NCBI GenBank assembly: GCA_051883395.1
Contig: JBJETQ010000002.1
Coordinates: forward strand, 16,456-80,455
Source of the DNA: Christensenellales bacterium
Lineage (GTDB): Bacteria; Bacillota; Clostridia; Christensenellales; UBA3700
DNA length: 64,000 bases
Reading direction: 5' to 3'
Shown: piece after piece, positions 18,625 to 27,622 of the stretch
How positions within the stretch are numbered: the stretch's first letter is position 1
How the letters are laid out: every line of letters starts with the position of its first letter
Program-made: the position numbers and the translations under genes
The notes under the pieces: model-generated
What the model saw: the letters and a program-made list of their open reading frames with translations, nothing else
Told to the model about the DNA's origin: nothing
Databases searched by the model: none

Positions 18625-19812
18625 TCACCAACACATCTGTAAAATTTTGAGCATATCCTGCTTTTCGTACCATTTTGCCGTTGTCAACAACACGCTGTCG
18701 TCGCAAGCCAACTCGGCAATCTGTTCCAGAGATTCCTTTTTTATACCCATATCTTTGAGATTATACGGCAAGCCGTATTTTTCAAGTATCGCCTTGATAA
18801 AGCTGCACGCCTTTTCTACAAAGTATCCCGCACGCTCGTCTTTATCAATAGAATCAAACTGTTGTTTCGTTACCATATATTTAAGCAAAGTTGCATAGTC
18901 TTCGCTATCTTCGTCCAATCTCTGAGCCAGACAAACGGGGAATACTACCGCCAGCACAAGATTGTGATATGCCGTCGAGCAAGCGCAAACGGCGTTGGTC
19001 AAAGCGTGGCTCAGCCCGCCCAACGAGCTGGCAAGAGCCATGCCCGACAAGGCAGAACACTCCTGTATTTCTATACAGTTGTCTTCCGACAGCTTACCGT
19101 TTTCGACAAAGTTTTCAAGTATTTTGCTAATGATTTTGATAGAAAACAGAGCATAATTGTTGCTTATCGGATTGTATCTCTTATTAAGATAGGCTTCTGC
19201 GCTGTTTATCAACAGTTCCAGTCCGCCCAATACAAATCTGTCTTCCGGCAAAGAATTAACGAAAGCGGGGTCTAAAATACAAAAATCAGGTTGCATAATC
19301 TCCGACACAAACTCGTGTCTTGTCATTCCGTGTGGTTCAAGAATACTGGCCGTCTCGTTTATATCGCTACCGCCGCCGATAGTCGTGGCAACCACGCCGA
19401 AAGGAATATTTTCCTGTTTGCGGGCATAACCGCTTCCAAATAGCTGCGACAACTTTTTTGTTTTGGTAGCGACCATAAGTTTCAGACACTTTGCCGTATT
19501 GATAACGGAACCGCCGCCGCAGGCAATAATACTATCGCAACTATTGTCCTTAAACAACGTATAAGCTTCTTCTATCGTATCCACCGAAGAACCCCTGGGA
19601 ACGTTGACGTAGGTAGCGTTGATTCTCAGTCTGGTATTGGTGGCAACAATCTTTTTGATAACGTCAAGATACCCCAATTTTTTTATATTGCGGTCGGATA
19701 TTACCAAAATGTTTTTTGCGCCGAACGACACCATTTCTTTGGCAAGGTCTTCAATACAATCTTTGCCCGTAAGTATTTTGACTCTGTTTGAAAATTGATA
19801 AAACCTATTCAT
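18625..19812 (-). CDS. Fe-ADH family protein with a partly substituted metal site
   Basis: 395 aa. GGGSVIN replaces GGGSxxD. GGLELLINSAEAY has E and N at the usual D and H positions. GLSHAL and YHN retain the two later His residues. Confidence 0.7.
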   Translation of the reverse strand: MNRFYQFSNRVKILTGKDCIEDLAKEMVSFGAKNILVISDRNIKKLGYLDVIKKIVATNTRLRINATYVNVPRGSSVDTIEEAYTLFKDNSCDSIIACGGGSVINTAKCLKLMVATKTKKLSQLFGSGYARKQENIPFGVVATTIGGGSDINETASILEPHGMTRHEFVSEIMQPDFCILDPAFVNSLPEDRFVLGGLELLINSAEAYLNKRYNPISNNYALFSIKIISKILENFVENGKLSEDNCIEIQECSALSGMALASSLGGLSHALTNAVCACSTAYHNLVLAVVFPVCLAQRLDEDSEDYATLLKYMVTKQQFDSIDKDERAGYFVEKACSFIKAILEKYGLPYNLKDMGIKKESLEQIAELACDDSVLLTTAKWYEKQDMLKILQMCW

Positions 19813-20324
19813 AGCAAACCCCTGAACATCACTCTCGACTTGACGATAGCGGGCGCTACTTCCAGCGGCAACGACTCAGGCAAAGATTCTTTTCTTTGTC
19901 TGATGGAAGCCAGGTAGCTTTGCACTATCATCATCATTTTTATGTACTTTACAGCCAGAAGATTGTCGCCTATCGTGATAAGTCTGCCCTGCGTATATGC
20001 CTGAAAAAACGAAATCTGGTTTGCCAGGACAATTTCTTCGCTGGCAATATTTTTAAACATTATCTGCAAAGAATTGTTGGACGATATATAATCTATCACG
20101 ATTTTGCATTGCAATTCTCCGCCCACTTTCGTTATCAAAGCGGCATGATGTTTATCAAGCACTCCAATCACAAGGTCAAATCCGTCAGGCATTTCGTCAA
20201 AAATCTTTTTTACTCTGCCGTCGTATTTATAACACGCTTTGACTCCGCTAAGATAAACGTAAGAATTCAAAAGCGAAAGCGATTTTCTAATTCTCATCGG
20301 CTTTGCATAATACTTCTTATTCAT
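19809..20324 (-). CDS. SCP2 (sterol-carrier-like) domain protein
   Basis: The C-terminal half, FKNIASEEIVLANQISFFQAYTQGRLITIGDNLLAVKYIKMM, fits the SCP2 pattern. The track ORF starts at 20372. I prefer ATG 20324, preceded by AAGGAGAGAG. Confidence 0.5.
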   Translation of the reverse strand: MNKKYYAKPMRIRKSLSLLNSYVYLSGVKACYKYDGRVKKIFDEMPDGFDLVIGVLDKHHAALITKVGGELQCKIVIDYISSNNSLQIMFKNIASEEIVLANQISFFQAYTQGRLITIGDNLLAVKYIKMMMIVQSYLASIRQRKESLPESLPLEVAPAIVKSRVMFRGLL

Positions 20325-20470
20325 ACTCTCTCCTTGCTGTATATTATAACACAGCGCCCAAAAGATGTCCATATTATCAAAATTATATAACGCTTGTTTA
20401 CAATATTTTTACTTGCACCCGCTGCTCATAAACTCAACGAGTCTACACACAATATAAATAGTTTATTGTC

Positions 20471-20497
20471 AAAAAAGTCGATACGTGTAGCTAAAAA
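20471..20497 (+). repeat. Degenerate copy of the A-run/palindrome element (12/16)
   Basis: AAAAAAGTCGATACGTGTAGCTAAAAA. The left arm is intact and the right arm is decayed. It lies in a divergent intergenic region, 19 nt upstream of a small ORF. Confidence 0.45.
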
Positions 20498-20515
20498 TCA
20501 TTCAAAGGAGCAATT

Positions 20516-20677
20516 ATGAAAATTATCAAAACCAACTCAAAGCATAAAATCGGAAAACACGGAATAAAGATGCGCAAAAGTCTCGGCCTGACGTCGCCGT
20601 ACGACCCCAACGGCAGTTATACGGGAACTCCCCTATACAACGATTATACGCCAACGCAAGACGCAGACGATTTGTAA
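20516..20677 (+). CDS. Small hypothetical protein (53 aa), not in the ORF track
   Basis: My translation gives MKIIKTNSKHKIGKHGIKMRKSLGLTSPYDPNGSYTGTPLYNDYTPTQDADDL. A strong RBS, AAAGGAG, lies 5 nt before the ATG. I recognise no family. Confidence 0.4.
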   Translation: MKIIKTNSKHKIGKHGIKMRKSLGLTSPYDPNGSYTGTPLYNDYTPTQDADDL

Positions 20678-20729
20678 ACTGTGCCAAAACGCTTGCCAAA
20701 CCGTCGGAATTTGTGTTATATCTATCGTA

Positions 20730-20772
20730 CAGAAGGTTTTCGGTAAACACTTCTGAATAAAAAAACCGAGGT
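20730..20772 (+). promoter_or_regulatory. preQ1-I riboswitch
   Basis: CAGAAGGUUUUCGGUAAACACUUCUGAAUAAAAAAACCGAGG. P1 is CAGAAG/CUUCUG, with loop GGUUU...ACAC and an A-rich tail. The tail ACCGA can pair with loop UCGGU to form a pseudoknot that sequesters the GAGG SD 6 nt before the queT ATG. Confidence 0.75.
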
Positions 20773-20777
20773 ATTTT

Positions 20778-21341
20778 ATGAAAAAGTTTTCTACTCGTAT
20801 GCTTGCACGAGCAGGCATAATCGCAGCAATGTACGTCGCTCTTACCTTTTTGGTATTTCCTGTAGCGTCAGGCGCAATTCAATTTCGCATTTCCGAAGCG
20901 CTCACCATTCTTCCGCTCTTTTACGTCGAAGCCATACCCGCTCTTTTTGTCGGTTGTTTGCTATCCAACATTATCACGGGTTGCGTAATCGCCGACGTAA
21001 TCGTGGGCAGTCTGATAACTTTGGTATCGTCTTTGCTCACCTATCTGGTCGGCAGATATATCAAATCGACTGCTCTGAAAATAATACTCGGCGGATTGCC
21101 GCCTGTGCTTCTCAACGCATTCTTCCTGCCGCTTATATGGTACTTTGCATACGGCTCGTTAGAATACGTCTATATGATGCAGGTGCTTTTCCTGATAATA
21201 TCGCAAGGCGTTGTAATCTATCTGCTCGGCACGGCGGTTTATTTTGCAGTTGCAAGGCTGTGCGCAAAGGGAATCAAGGTCTTTATGACTACCGGCGTCG
21301 AAACCAACAACAAAGCTCCCGATACAGACGACAAAGCATAG
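20778..21341 (+). CDS. queT: Queuosine-precursor transporter QueT
   Basis: 187 aa. The N-terminus TRMLARAGIIAAMYVALTFLVFPVASGAIQFRISEALTILP is typical of QueT. It has a polytopic topology and a preQ1 riboswitch upstream. Confidence 0.8.
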   Translation: MKKFSTRMLARAGIIAAMYVALTFLVFPVASGAIQFRISEALTILPLFYVEAIPALFVGCLLSNIITGCVIADVIVGSLITLVSSLLTYLVGRYIKSTALKIILGGLPPVLLNAFFLPLIWYFAYGSLEYVYMMQVLFLIISQGVVIYLLGTAVYFAVARLCAKGIKVFMTTGVETNNKAPDTDDKA

Positions 21342-21349
21342 CGTTATCC

Positions 21350-21384
21350 AAAAAAACAAGCGGCGTCGAGCCGCTTGTTTTTGT
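21350..21384. terminator. Bidirectional intrinsic terminator
   Basis: AAAAAA-ACAAGCGGC-gtcga-GCCGCTTGT-TTTTGTT, between convergent queT and the aldo/keto reductase gene. Confidence 0.85.
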
Positions 21385-21386
21385 TA

Positions 21387-22388
21387 TCAATTGCCTGACA
21401 ATATGCTTTCTATCTTGTCAATTTCCTGATTGCTGAATTCGGTATTATCCAAAGCTTTGAGATTTTGCAGAAGTTGTTCTTTGCTACTCACGCCCACAAG
21501 CACGCTGGTAATAACCGGATTTCTCAATATCCAGCTTATAGCCATCTGCGCCAACGTCTGTCCCCTGTCAAAAGCTACCCTGCTTAGCTTGATAGCCTTG
21601 TCTATATTTTCGTTGCTGAATATTCTGTCCATAGTAAAGCCGTTTTTTGCACGTCTGCTGTCGGCAGGAATACCGTCGAAATACTTTTCGCTCAACAAAC
21701 CTTGCGCCAGGGGACTGAATGCGATACAGCCTATTCCCTTTTCGTCAAGCACGTCGCACAAGCTCGTTTCGCCCTTTTCTATCCACCTGTCAAGCATATT
21801 ATATCTGGCTTGATGAATGATAAAAGGCGTACCGTAGCTATCGAGCAATTCCGCCATCTGCAAAGTCTGCTCTGCGTTATAATTGGAAATTCCTACGTAC
21901 AACGCTTTACCTTGCTTGACAATCAGATCAAGTGCATGAGCCGTTTCTTCCAGCGGAGTGTTTGGGTCGGGTCTGTGATGATAAAATATATCCACGTAAT
22001 CTATTCCCATTCTTTTAAGGCTTTGGTCAAGACTGGCGACGAGATACTTCTTGCTTCCCCAATCGCCGTAAGGTCCTTCCCACATTGTATATCCTGCCTT
22101 TGTCGATATAATCAACTGGTCTCTGTATCCTTTGAGCGTATCAGCCAATATCCTACCAAAATTGCTCTCGGCGCTGCCGGGTAGCGGTCCGTAATTGTTG
22201 GCAAGGTCAAAGTGCGTAATTCCGTTGTCAAATGCCGTAGTGATGATACTTTTACATTCTTCAATATCGCTGTTCGTTCCGAAATTCTGCCATAGGCCAA
22301 GCGACATTTCAGGCAACTTCAATCCGCTGTTACCGCAATAATTGTACACCATTTTGCTATATCTGTCTTGCTGTGCCAGGTAGCTCAT
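21387..22388 (-). CDS. Aldo/keto reductase (YghZ/Tas-like)
   Basis: AKR pattern: GLWQNFG..., THFDLANNYGP, IISTKAG, VDIFYHHRPD. The track ORF extends to 22481. I prefer ATG 22388 (MSYLAQQ...), preceded by AAGGAGAAG, which also removes the overlap with radC. Confidence 0.85.
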   Translation of the reverse strand: MSYLAQQDRYSKMVYNYCGNSGLKLPEMSLGLWQNFGTNSDIEECKSIITTAFDNGITHFDLANNYGPLPGSAESNFGRILADTLKGYRDQLIISTKAGYTMWEGPYGDWGSKKYLVASLDQSLKRMGIDYVDIFYHHRPDPNTPLEETAHALDLIVKQGKALYVGISNYNAEQTLQMAELLDSYGTPFIIHQARYNMLDRWIEKGETSLCDVLDEKGIGCIAFSPLAQGLLSEKYFDGIPADSRRAKNGFTMDRIFSNENIDKAIKLSRVAFDRGQTLAQMAISWILRNPVITSVLVGVSSKEQLLQNLKALDNTEFSNQEIDKIESILSGN

Positions 22389-22398
22389 AATCTTCTCC

Positions 22399-23124
22399 TT
22401 ATATCTTATCCGATATGTTTTGGCTGTACATAAATTCGTAATATTTTTCTCTGAATTCTCCCAGTTTGCCGTCCTGTTCAAAGCTGTACACCTGTTGTTT
22501 TGCCACTATCAGATGGTCGACCAGTCTCACTCCCAACACTTCAAGAGCGGTAACCGCCCACTTCGTAAATTCTATATCGTTGACGCTGGGCTGAGCCACA
22601 CCGCTTGGGTGATTGTGCGCAATATATACGTTGGGAGCGGCGAGATTGTGGCACATAAGCACCATCTTTCTCGTCATAAGTTTGCAATCTTCTATATTTC
22701 CCTGACCTATCAGGCTCTTGTTTATAAGTCTGCCCTTGTTGTCCAGGGCAAGAAGATAGATAGCTTCGTAGTTAAGATCAGCAAGCAGAGTCCTGCAATA
22801 TTCCTTGATTCTGCCGTGCGTGGACAAGTCGGGTTTTGCACCGAACTTGCTGAGATTATACTTTTTGATAATCTGCGGAAGCGTTACTAGAAACAAAGCG
22901 GCGTTGGCAGTCATATTTGGCACTTCTTCCAGCATCTGACAATCTGATTCCAACACTCCCGACAACGAGCCGAACCGATTGATAAGCTCGTGCGCTATCG
23001 GGTTGGTATCCTTGCGTGGAATAAACGGATACAAAAGATATTCCAACACTTCGTGGTCCTGAAAATTTTCCATTCCTTCTTTAAGAACTCTTTCTCTCAT
23101 TCGCTCTCTATGATTGGTGTGCAT
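22399..23124 (-). CDS. radC: RadC-family JAB/MPN domain protein
   Basis: 241 aa with an N-terminal HhH-like region and the JAMM motif IAHNHPSGVAQPSVNDIEFT. Confidence 0.85.
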   Translation of the reverse strand: MHTNHRERMRERVLKEGMENFQDHEVLEYLLYPFIPRKDTNPIAHELINRFGSLSGVLESDCQMLEEVPNMTANAALFLVTLPQIIKKYNLSKFGAKPDLSTHGRIKEYCRTLLADLNYEAIYLLALDNKGRLINKSLIGQGNIEDCKLMTRKMVLMCHNLAAPNVYIAHNHPSGVAQPSVNDIEFTKWAVTALEVLGVRLVDHLIVAKQQVYSFEQDGKLGEFREKYYEFMYSQNISDKI

Positions 23125-25624
23125 CTTGGTTTTTCCTTTTTCTCTTTATCTTTATGCTGTTGGATATACTCTTTATTTTTGCGTTGATTTTATCTCCCCA
23201 CTTTTTGTCCAGTATCTCAATAACGGCGTATAGCGCCGCATGAACCGCAATTCCGCACAGTCCGCCTGCTATTGCGTAAGGCAGATGTCTGACCTGCAAT
23301 ATTTCCAGTCCGAAAAACAGGCTGTCCAGATAAGAAGCGTCGATACAGGCTGCGGAAAAAGTTATTGCAATCATAACTGCTATGACGGCGGTACGCAACT
23401 TGTTGAGCGGCATAGATATAATAACCAGCGCTCCGAAACTCGCCACAACCAGCGCAACGGTCAACATAGAATTGCGATAATTGCCTACGTTTTCCACCCC
23501 GACAAAGTCAATAGAACCGTTGATGGCATAGGTTACAAAAACCGCCACGCACAAGCCTATCGTTGCCGACAGACTGGCTTTGATTATGTTGTGCATAAAC
23601 CTTCCGCTGATACGTGCGTCATTCGGCTGAAAGGCGTATATATAGGTTGGCAGACCAATGACAAACATCTCCACCAGCATAATCTTCTTTGTATCAAACG
23701 GATAGCTCGGAGTATTGGTAACAAGCGTTATGATAGAAAAGGCAAAGGTCATAATCATAATAAAGATGGTCTTCATTATGTACAAGGCAGACACCTTTTC
23801 CATATTGTTGATTACTCTCCTGCCTTCTCTGACTATTGACGGCATAGAAGCGAAATCGTTGTTGAGCAGCACTATTCTCGATATATTGCGTGCCACTTCG
23901 TGCGCTCCCAAAAACGATATCGAACAGTTACTCTGTTTGAGCGCCTGTATATCGTTTACTCCGTCGCCAATCATTCCCACCACTTTGCCTTTATCCTGCA
24001 AAGCCGTTACTATCTCCTGTTTCTGCGACGGCGAAACTCTGCCAAATACCACCGTATCTTCGACATTGTCGGTCAAGCTTTCTGCCGCAACCGAACAATT
24101 GACGTATCTTTCGGCGTTTTTCACTCCTGCTTTCTGTGCTATGTAACTCACCGTTTCGGGGTTGTCGCCCGATATAATCTTGATGTCCACGTCGTTTTGA
24201 TTGAACCAGTCCAACGTTTCCTTGACGTTTTCTCTCAATCTGTCTTCCAGCGCAAACAGGGCAAGCGGTCTGGCAACGCTCTTGTCAGGCAAATCAATGC
24301 TGCCCTGCGCCGACGAGAGCATAATGGTTCTTCTGCCTACGGCGGCGTTGCTATGACAATATTCTTCTATATCTGCGTCGGGACACGCTACGTAATCTGG
24401 AGCGCCCAAAAAGTAGCATTTGTCTGCTATCCTTATTGCGCTGCACTTGCGCAAAGAAGAAAAGCTTCTCACTTCGTCGCATTCGGCTATCGGGCTGTTT
24501 TCAAAATACTCCGTCAAAGCCTTTGCGGTTGGTTTGCTGTCTTTGGTCCAATGGTTGATTGACGCCACAATGCAGTCTATATCTTCGTCGTCGACAAGTT
24601 TTCTTACGTCCGCCACCTTCATCTGACCGTCGGTAAGAGTACCGGTCTTGTCAAGCAACAGCGTATCCACCTGTGCCAGCATCTCAATAGAATAAATGTC
24701 CTGCGGCAACGCTCCCGTCTTGGAGAGTTTGAGAACGGAACCTGCCAACGCCGTGGAAGTAAGCATAAACATACCTACCGGCAACATACCCAATATCGAG
24801 CTTGCAACTGTGATTATCAGGTCTCTCCACTCGCCCGTCATTGTCAGTCTTTCCGACAAAAATATAAACACACCCAACACTACCAGCACGCAGCTGAGAC
24901 ACTTGATAATAAAGTTAAGCGTATTAAAAATCATAGATTCGGGCTTGTTAAACTTGCTTGCTACACGCAAAATCTTTTCGATATAGCAATCTTTGCCCAC
25001 TCTGTCGGCACGACATCTCGCTTCTCCTGCCACGATATGACTTCCTGCCAGAATAGCGTCTCCGACTTTCTTTCTTATAGGAATACTCTCTCCCGTCAAT
25101 ATAGACTCGTCTACTTCCATATATCCGTCGAGCAACACGCAGTCGACAGGTGCCTGCGCCCCTGCGCCCAACACCAGCACGTCGTCCAGCACAATCTGAG
25201 AACTGTCTATCTCGTCTTCCTTACCGTCTCTTATGACTTTTACGCCTGCCTTATATACCACCGTAAGACGAGAAACAGCCTTTTTGGCTTTGACTTCCTG
25301 CCATATTCCGATGATAATGTTGACCAAAATTATGCTGGTTGACAGAGTATAATCCCAAGCGCCTATGCTGCACAGTAAAATTACCAATGCTATACAAACT
25401 ATATTGCAAAAATTAAAAAGATTATCCGCCACTATACGCAGATAAGACTTGCTTTCCTTTTTGCTCTTGACGTTGGTCAGACGGTCGTTCTGCCTTGTTT
25501 CCACTTCCTGCGCAGTCAAACCTTTATCGGGGTCAGGAAAAAGTCTTTCGGCTTTTTTCAGCTTTTGGCTGTCCTTTTGTCTGCCTATTATACGGCTTAT
25601 TTTTTTGTACAAATCTCCCTTCAT
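23108..25624 (-). CDS. Cation-transporting P-type ATPase (P2, Ca2+/Mg2+ type)
   Basis: 838 aa with LTGESIPI, the phosphorylation motif LLDKTGTLTDG and the hinge GDGVNDIQALKQ, plus about 10 TM segments. Confidence 0.85.
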   Translation of the reverse strand: MKGDLYKKISRIIGRQKDSQKLKKAERLFPDPDKGLTAQEVETRQNDRLTNVKSKKESKSYLRIVADNLFNFCNIVCIALVILLCSIGAWDYTLSTSIILVNIIIGIWQEVKAKKAVSRLTVVYKAGVKVIRDGKEDEIDSSQIVLDDVLVLGAGAQAPVDCVLLDGYMEVDESILTGESIPIRKKVGDAILAGSHIVAGEARCRADRVGKDCYIEKILRVASKFNKPESMIFNTLNFIIKCLSCVLVVLGVFIFLSERLTMTGEWRDLIITVASSILGMLPVGMFMLTSTALAGSVLKLSKTGALPQDIYSIEMLAQVDTLLLDKTGTLTDGQMKVADVRKLVDDEDIDCIVASINHWTKDSKPTAKALTEYFENSPIAECDEVRSFSSLRKCSAIRIADKCYFLGAPDYVACPDADIEEYCHSNAAVGRRTIMLSSAQGSIDLPDKSVARPLALFALEDRLRENVKETLDWFNQNDVDIKIISGDNPETVSYIAQKAGVKNAERYVNCSVAAESLTDNVEDTVVFGRVSPSQKQEIVTALQDKGKVVGMIGDGVNDIQALKQSNCSISFLGAHEVARNISRIVLLNNDFASMPSIVREGRRVINNMEKVSALYIMKTIFIMIMTFAFSIITLVTNTPSYPFDTKKIMLVEMFVIGLPTYIYAFQPNDARISGRFMHNIIKASLSATIGLCVAVFVTYAINGSIDFVGVENVGNYRNSMLTVALVVASFGALVIISMPLNKLRTAVIAVMIAITFSAACIDASYLDSLFFGLEILQVRHLPYAIAGGLCGIAVHAALYAVIEILDKKWGDKINAKIKSISNSIKIKRKRKNQDAHQS

Positions 25625-27315
25625 CTTATCCCGACTATCTTGCCCTTTTCGATGTCAAAGCAAAATACCTTTTCTTCTTCGTTATGCGTATATCTTATTA
25701 TTACGTTATTTCCCGCCTTGTCGCAGGATATAATTCTGGCGCCGCTCAGACCTATGGTCTTTTCAAACAATTCTTTGCCCTTTTCGTCATATTCTCCCAC
25801 GTCGTCCGATACCAGGCGCACGCTACCTGCAAGGGCGTTGACCGTTGCCAATATTTCTCTCTGCTCGTCATTGAATTTCAGATTGCTTTTGCGAGCAAAA
25901 AACACGTCGGGGTCGAGAGCAAAGGCTCTGCCGTCAAGATGCCTGCGAAACAGAGTATTGTATATCGAATTTTTGGTACATACAATCTCCTGATTAGTAC
26001 ATTTCGTATAAAATTTTGGTTTGAATGACAAATCGACGTCGCAACCCGTGCGGCACATATCCACCAAGCCCCAACCCGAAGCAAGCGGCATACCGCAACC
26101 GAGAATAAGCTTGTCCCCCACACACTCTCTCAAAAACTCCATCGTTTCGTACATAATTCTGCCACGAGTCTTGTTGTTGCGTGGAATGATACAGGAAGAA
26201 TACAAAAAGTCGAGTTTGACCATATCGTATCCCCATTGGTTGACAATCACGTCAAATACGCCTTTGAGATAGTCTCTCACTTGCTGTTTTTCGATATCGA
26301 GTACGTATGCTCCGCCCCAGGCGACTCCGCCCAATACAGGCTTGCCGTCGGGCGCCGTAAGCAACCAATCTCTATGCTCCTTTACCACTTTGCTGTTGCG
26401 AGCCGCAAGCGTAGGCGCAAGCCACAACCCTGCTTTCATACCCTTTGAGTGAATGGCGTCGGCAAGATACTTCATTCCGTGCGGAAATTTTCTTTCTTTT
26501 ACACTCAACCAATCGCCCGTTGCCGATTGATAGCCGTCGTCTATCTGAAATATATCTATTTTGTCGCCGTAGATCGATATATTCTCCAAATCTCTCAACA
26601 GCTGCTGTTCGGTTATTTTGCCAAAATAATTGTACCAGCTGGTATATCCCGACAGCTTGTCCACTCTCGGTGCAGAAAGAGACAACATTCCGAAATATCT
26701 GTCGAATACGTCGTCATAACCACCCGATAGAACGACAACGTCTATTCCTTCGAACACGTCGCCCTTATCCAAAGTAATGCCTTCTACGTCCTTGGAGAGT
26801 TTTATGCGGTTACGATACGGCTCAAAGCCCACTATTGTAAAGGCATTTTTTTCGTTGAGAGAACCAACAAGATAATATTCGTCGTTGTTTCTCACGTAAC
26901 CGTAACTATATCCGTGAAAAAGCCCCGAAAGATTGGTATATTTGTGGAAACCATAGTCTCCCGACAACGCAGTAAATTTTTTGAAAGGAAAATGCTTACC
27001 GAGACCGAGCAATCCCTTTTCTTTATGAAAGACGCTGACTTCCATACTGGTCGTCCATGATTGATAGCCGTTGCAAAAGATTTTGTCGCTCGTATTGAAG
27101 GCATATTCATAACTCATAGCGCACTCCAAAAGCGAAAGCTTCTTCAATGCGCTTACCTTCATGACAATTCTGCCGTCATCACAATTTACGTCGATTTGCA
27201 GGTCGTTGTTGCTCACGCCCGTTATGTAAACGTTGTCGTCCTGCTCGTAAGTTATCCTTATTCTCAGATTTTCCATATAATACCTGTATTGTATAATAAC
27301 ATCTATGCGTCGCAA
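25621..27315 (-). CDS. Glycoside hydrolase family 36 alpha-galactosidase-like
   Basis: 564 aa with GYTSWYNYF, FQIDDGYQSATGDWL, GLWLAP, VKLDFLY and CGMPL. The start is uncertain: TTG 27315 or ATG 27276. It overlaps the ATPase start by 4 nt. Confidence 0.7.
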   Translation of the reverse strand: MRRIDVIIQYRYYMENLRIRITYEQDDNVYITGVSNNDLQIDVNCDDGRIVMKVSALKKLSLLECAMSYEYAFNTSDKIFCNGYQSWTTSMEVSVFHKEKGLLGLGKHFPFKKFTALSGDYGFHKYTNLSGLFHGYSYGYVRNNDEYYLVGSLNEKNAFTIVGFEPYRNRIKLSKDVEGITLDKGDVFEGIDVVVLSGGYDDVFDRYFGMLSLSAPRVDKLSGYTSWYNYFGKITEQQLLRDLENISIYGDKIDIFQIDDGYQSATGDWLSVKERKFPHGMKYLADAIHSKGMKAGLWLAPTLAARNSKVVKEHRDWLLTAPDGKPVLGGVAWGGAYVLDIEKQQVRDYLKGVFDVIVNQWGYDMVKLDFLYSSCIIPRNNKTRGRIMYETMEFLRECVGDKLILGCGMPLASGWGLVDMCRTGCDVDLSFKPKFYTKCTNQEIVCTKNSIYNTLFRRHLDGRAFALDPDVFFARKSNLKFNDEQREILATVNALAGSVRLVSDDVGEYDEKGKELFEKTIGLSGARIISCDKAGNNVIIRYTHNEEEKVFCFDIEKGKIVGIR

Positions 27316-27317
27316 GG

Positions 27318-27555
27318 GTCAATCATTTGCCCTTGCCTTTTCTATAAGCGCATTATTTTGCGACTATATAAGCAATCTGCGCCACCCTTTTGCTCCCGAG
27401 TAATTTTGTCTTCCACCAACCAAACTCTGCCGTCCTGAGCCGATAATTTCAGTCAATCATTTGCCCTTGCCTTTTCTATAAGCGCATTATTTTGCGACTA
27501 TATAAGCAATCTGCGCTGCCCTTATGCTCCCGAGCAATTTTGTCTTCCGCCAAGG
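27318..27555. repeat. Tandem duplication, period 134 bp, two copies (about 103 bp conserved per copy)
   Basis: The first 66 nt of each copy (gtcaatcatttgcccttgccttttctataagcgcattattttgcgactatataagcaatctgcgc) are identical at 27318 and 27452. The next ~37 nt differ at 5 positions, after which the copies diverge. Confidence 0.9.
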
Positions 27556-27570
27556 CTCAAAAACATTCAA

Positions 27571-27616
27571 AAAAGCCGATAAAAATCGGCTTTTTTGGCC
27601 GATTTTTTTATCGGCT
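27571..27616 (-). terminator. Double-hairpin intrinsic terminator after the 1417-aa gene
   Basis: The minus strand reads AGCCGAT-aaaaaaa-ATCGGC, then GCCGAT-ttttt-ATCGGC followed by TTTTTT. Confidence 0.75.
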
Positions 27617-27622
27617 ATTTTG

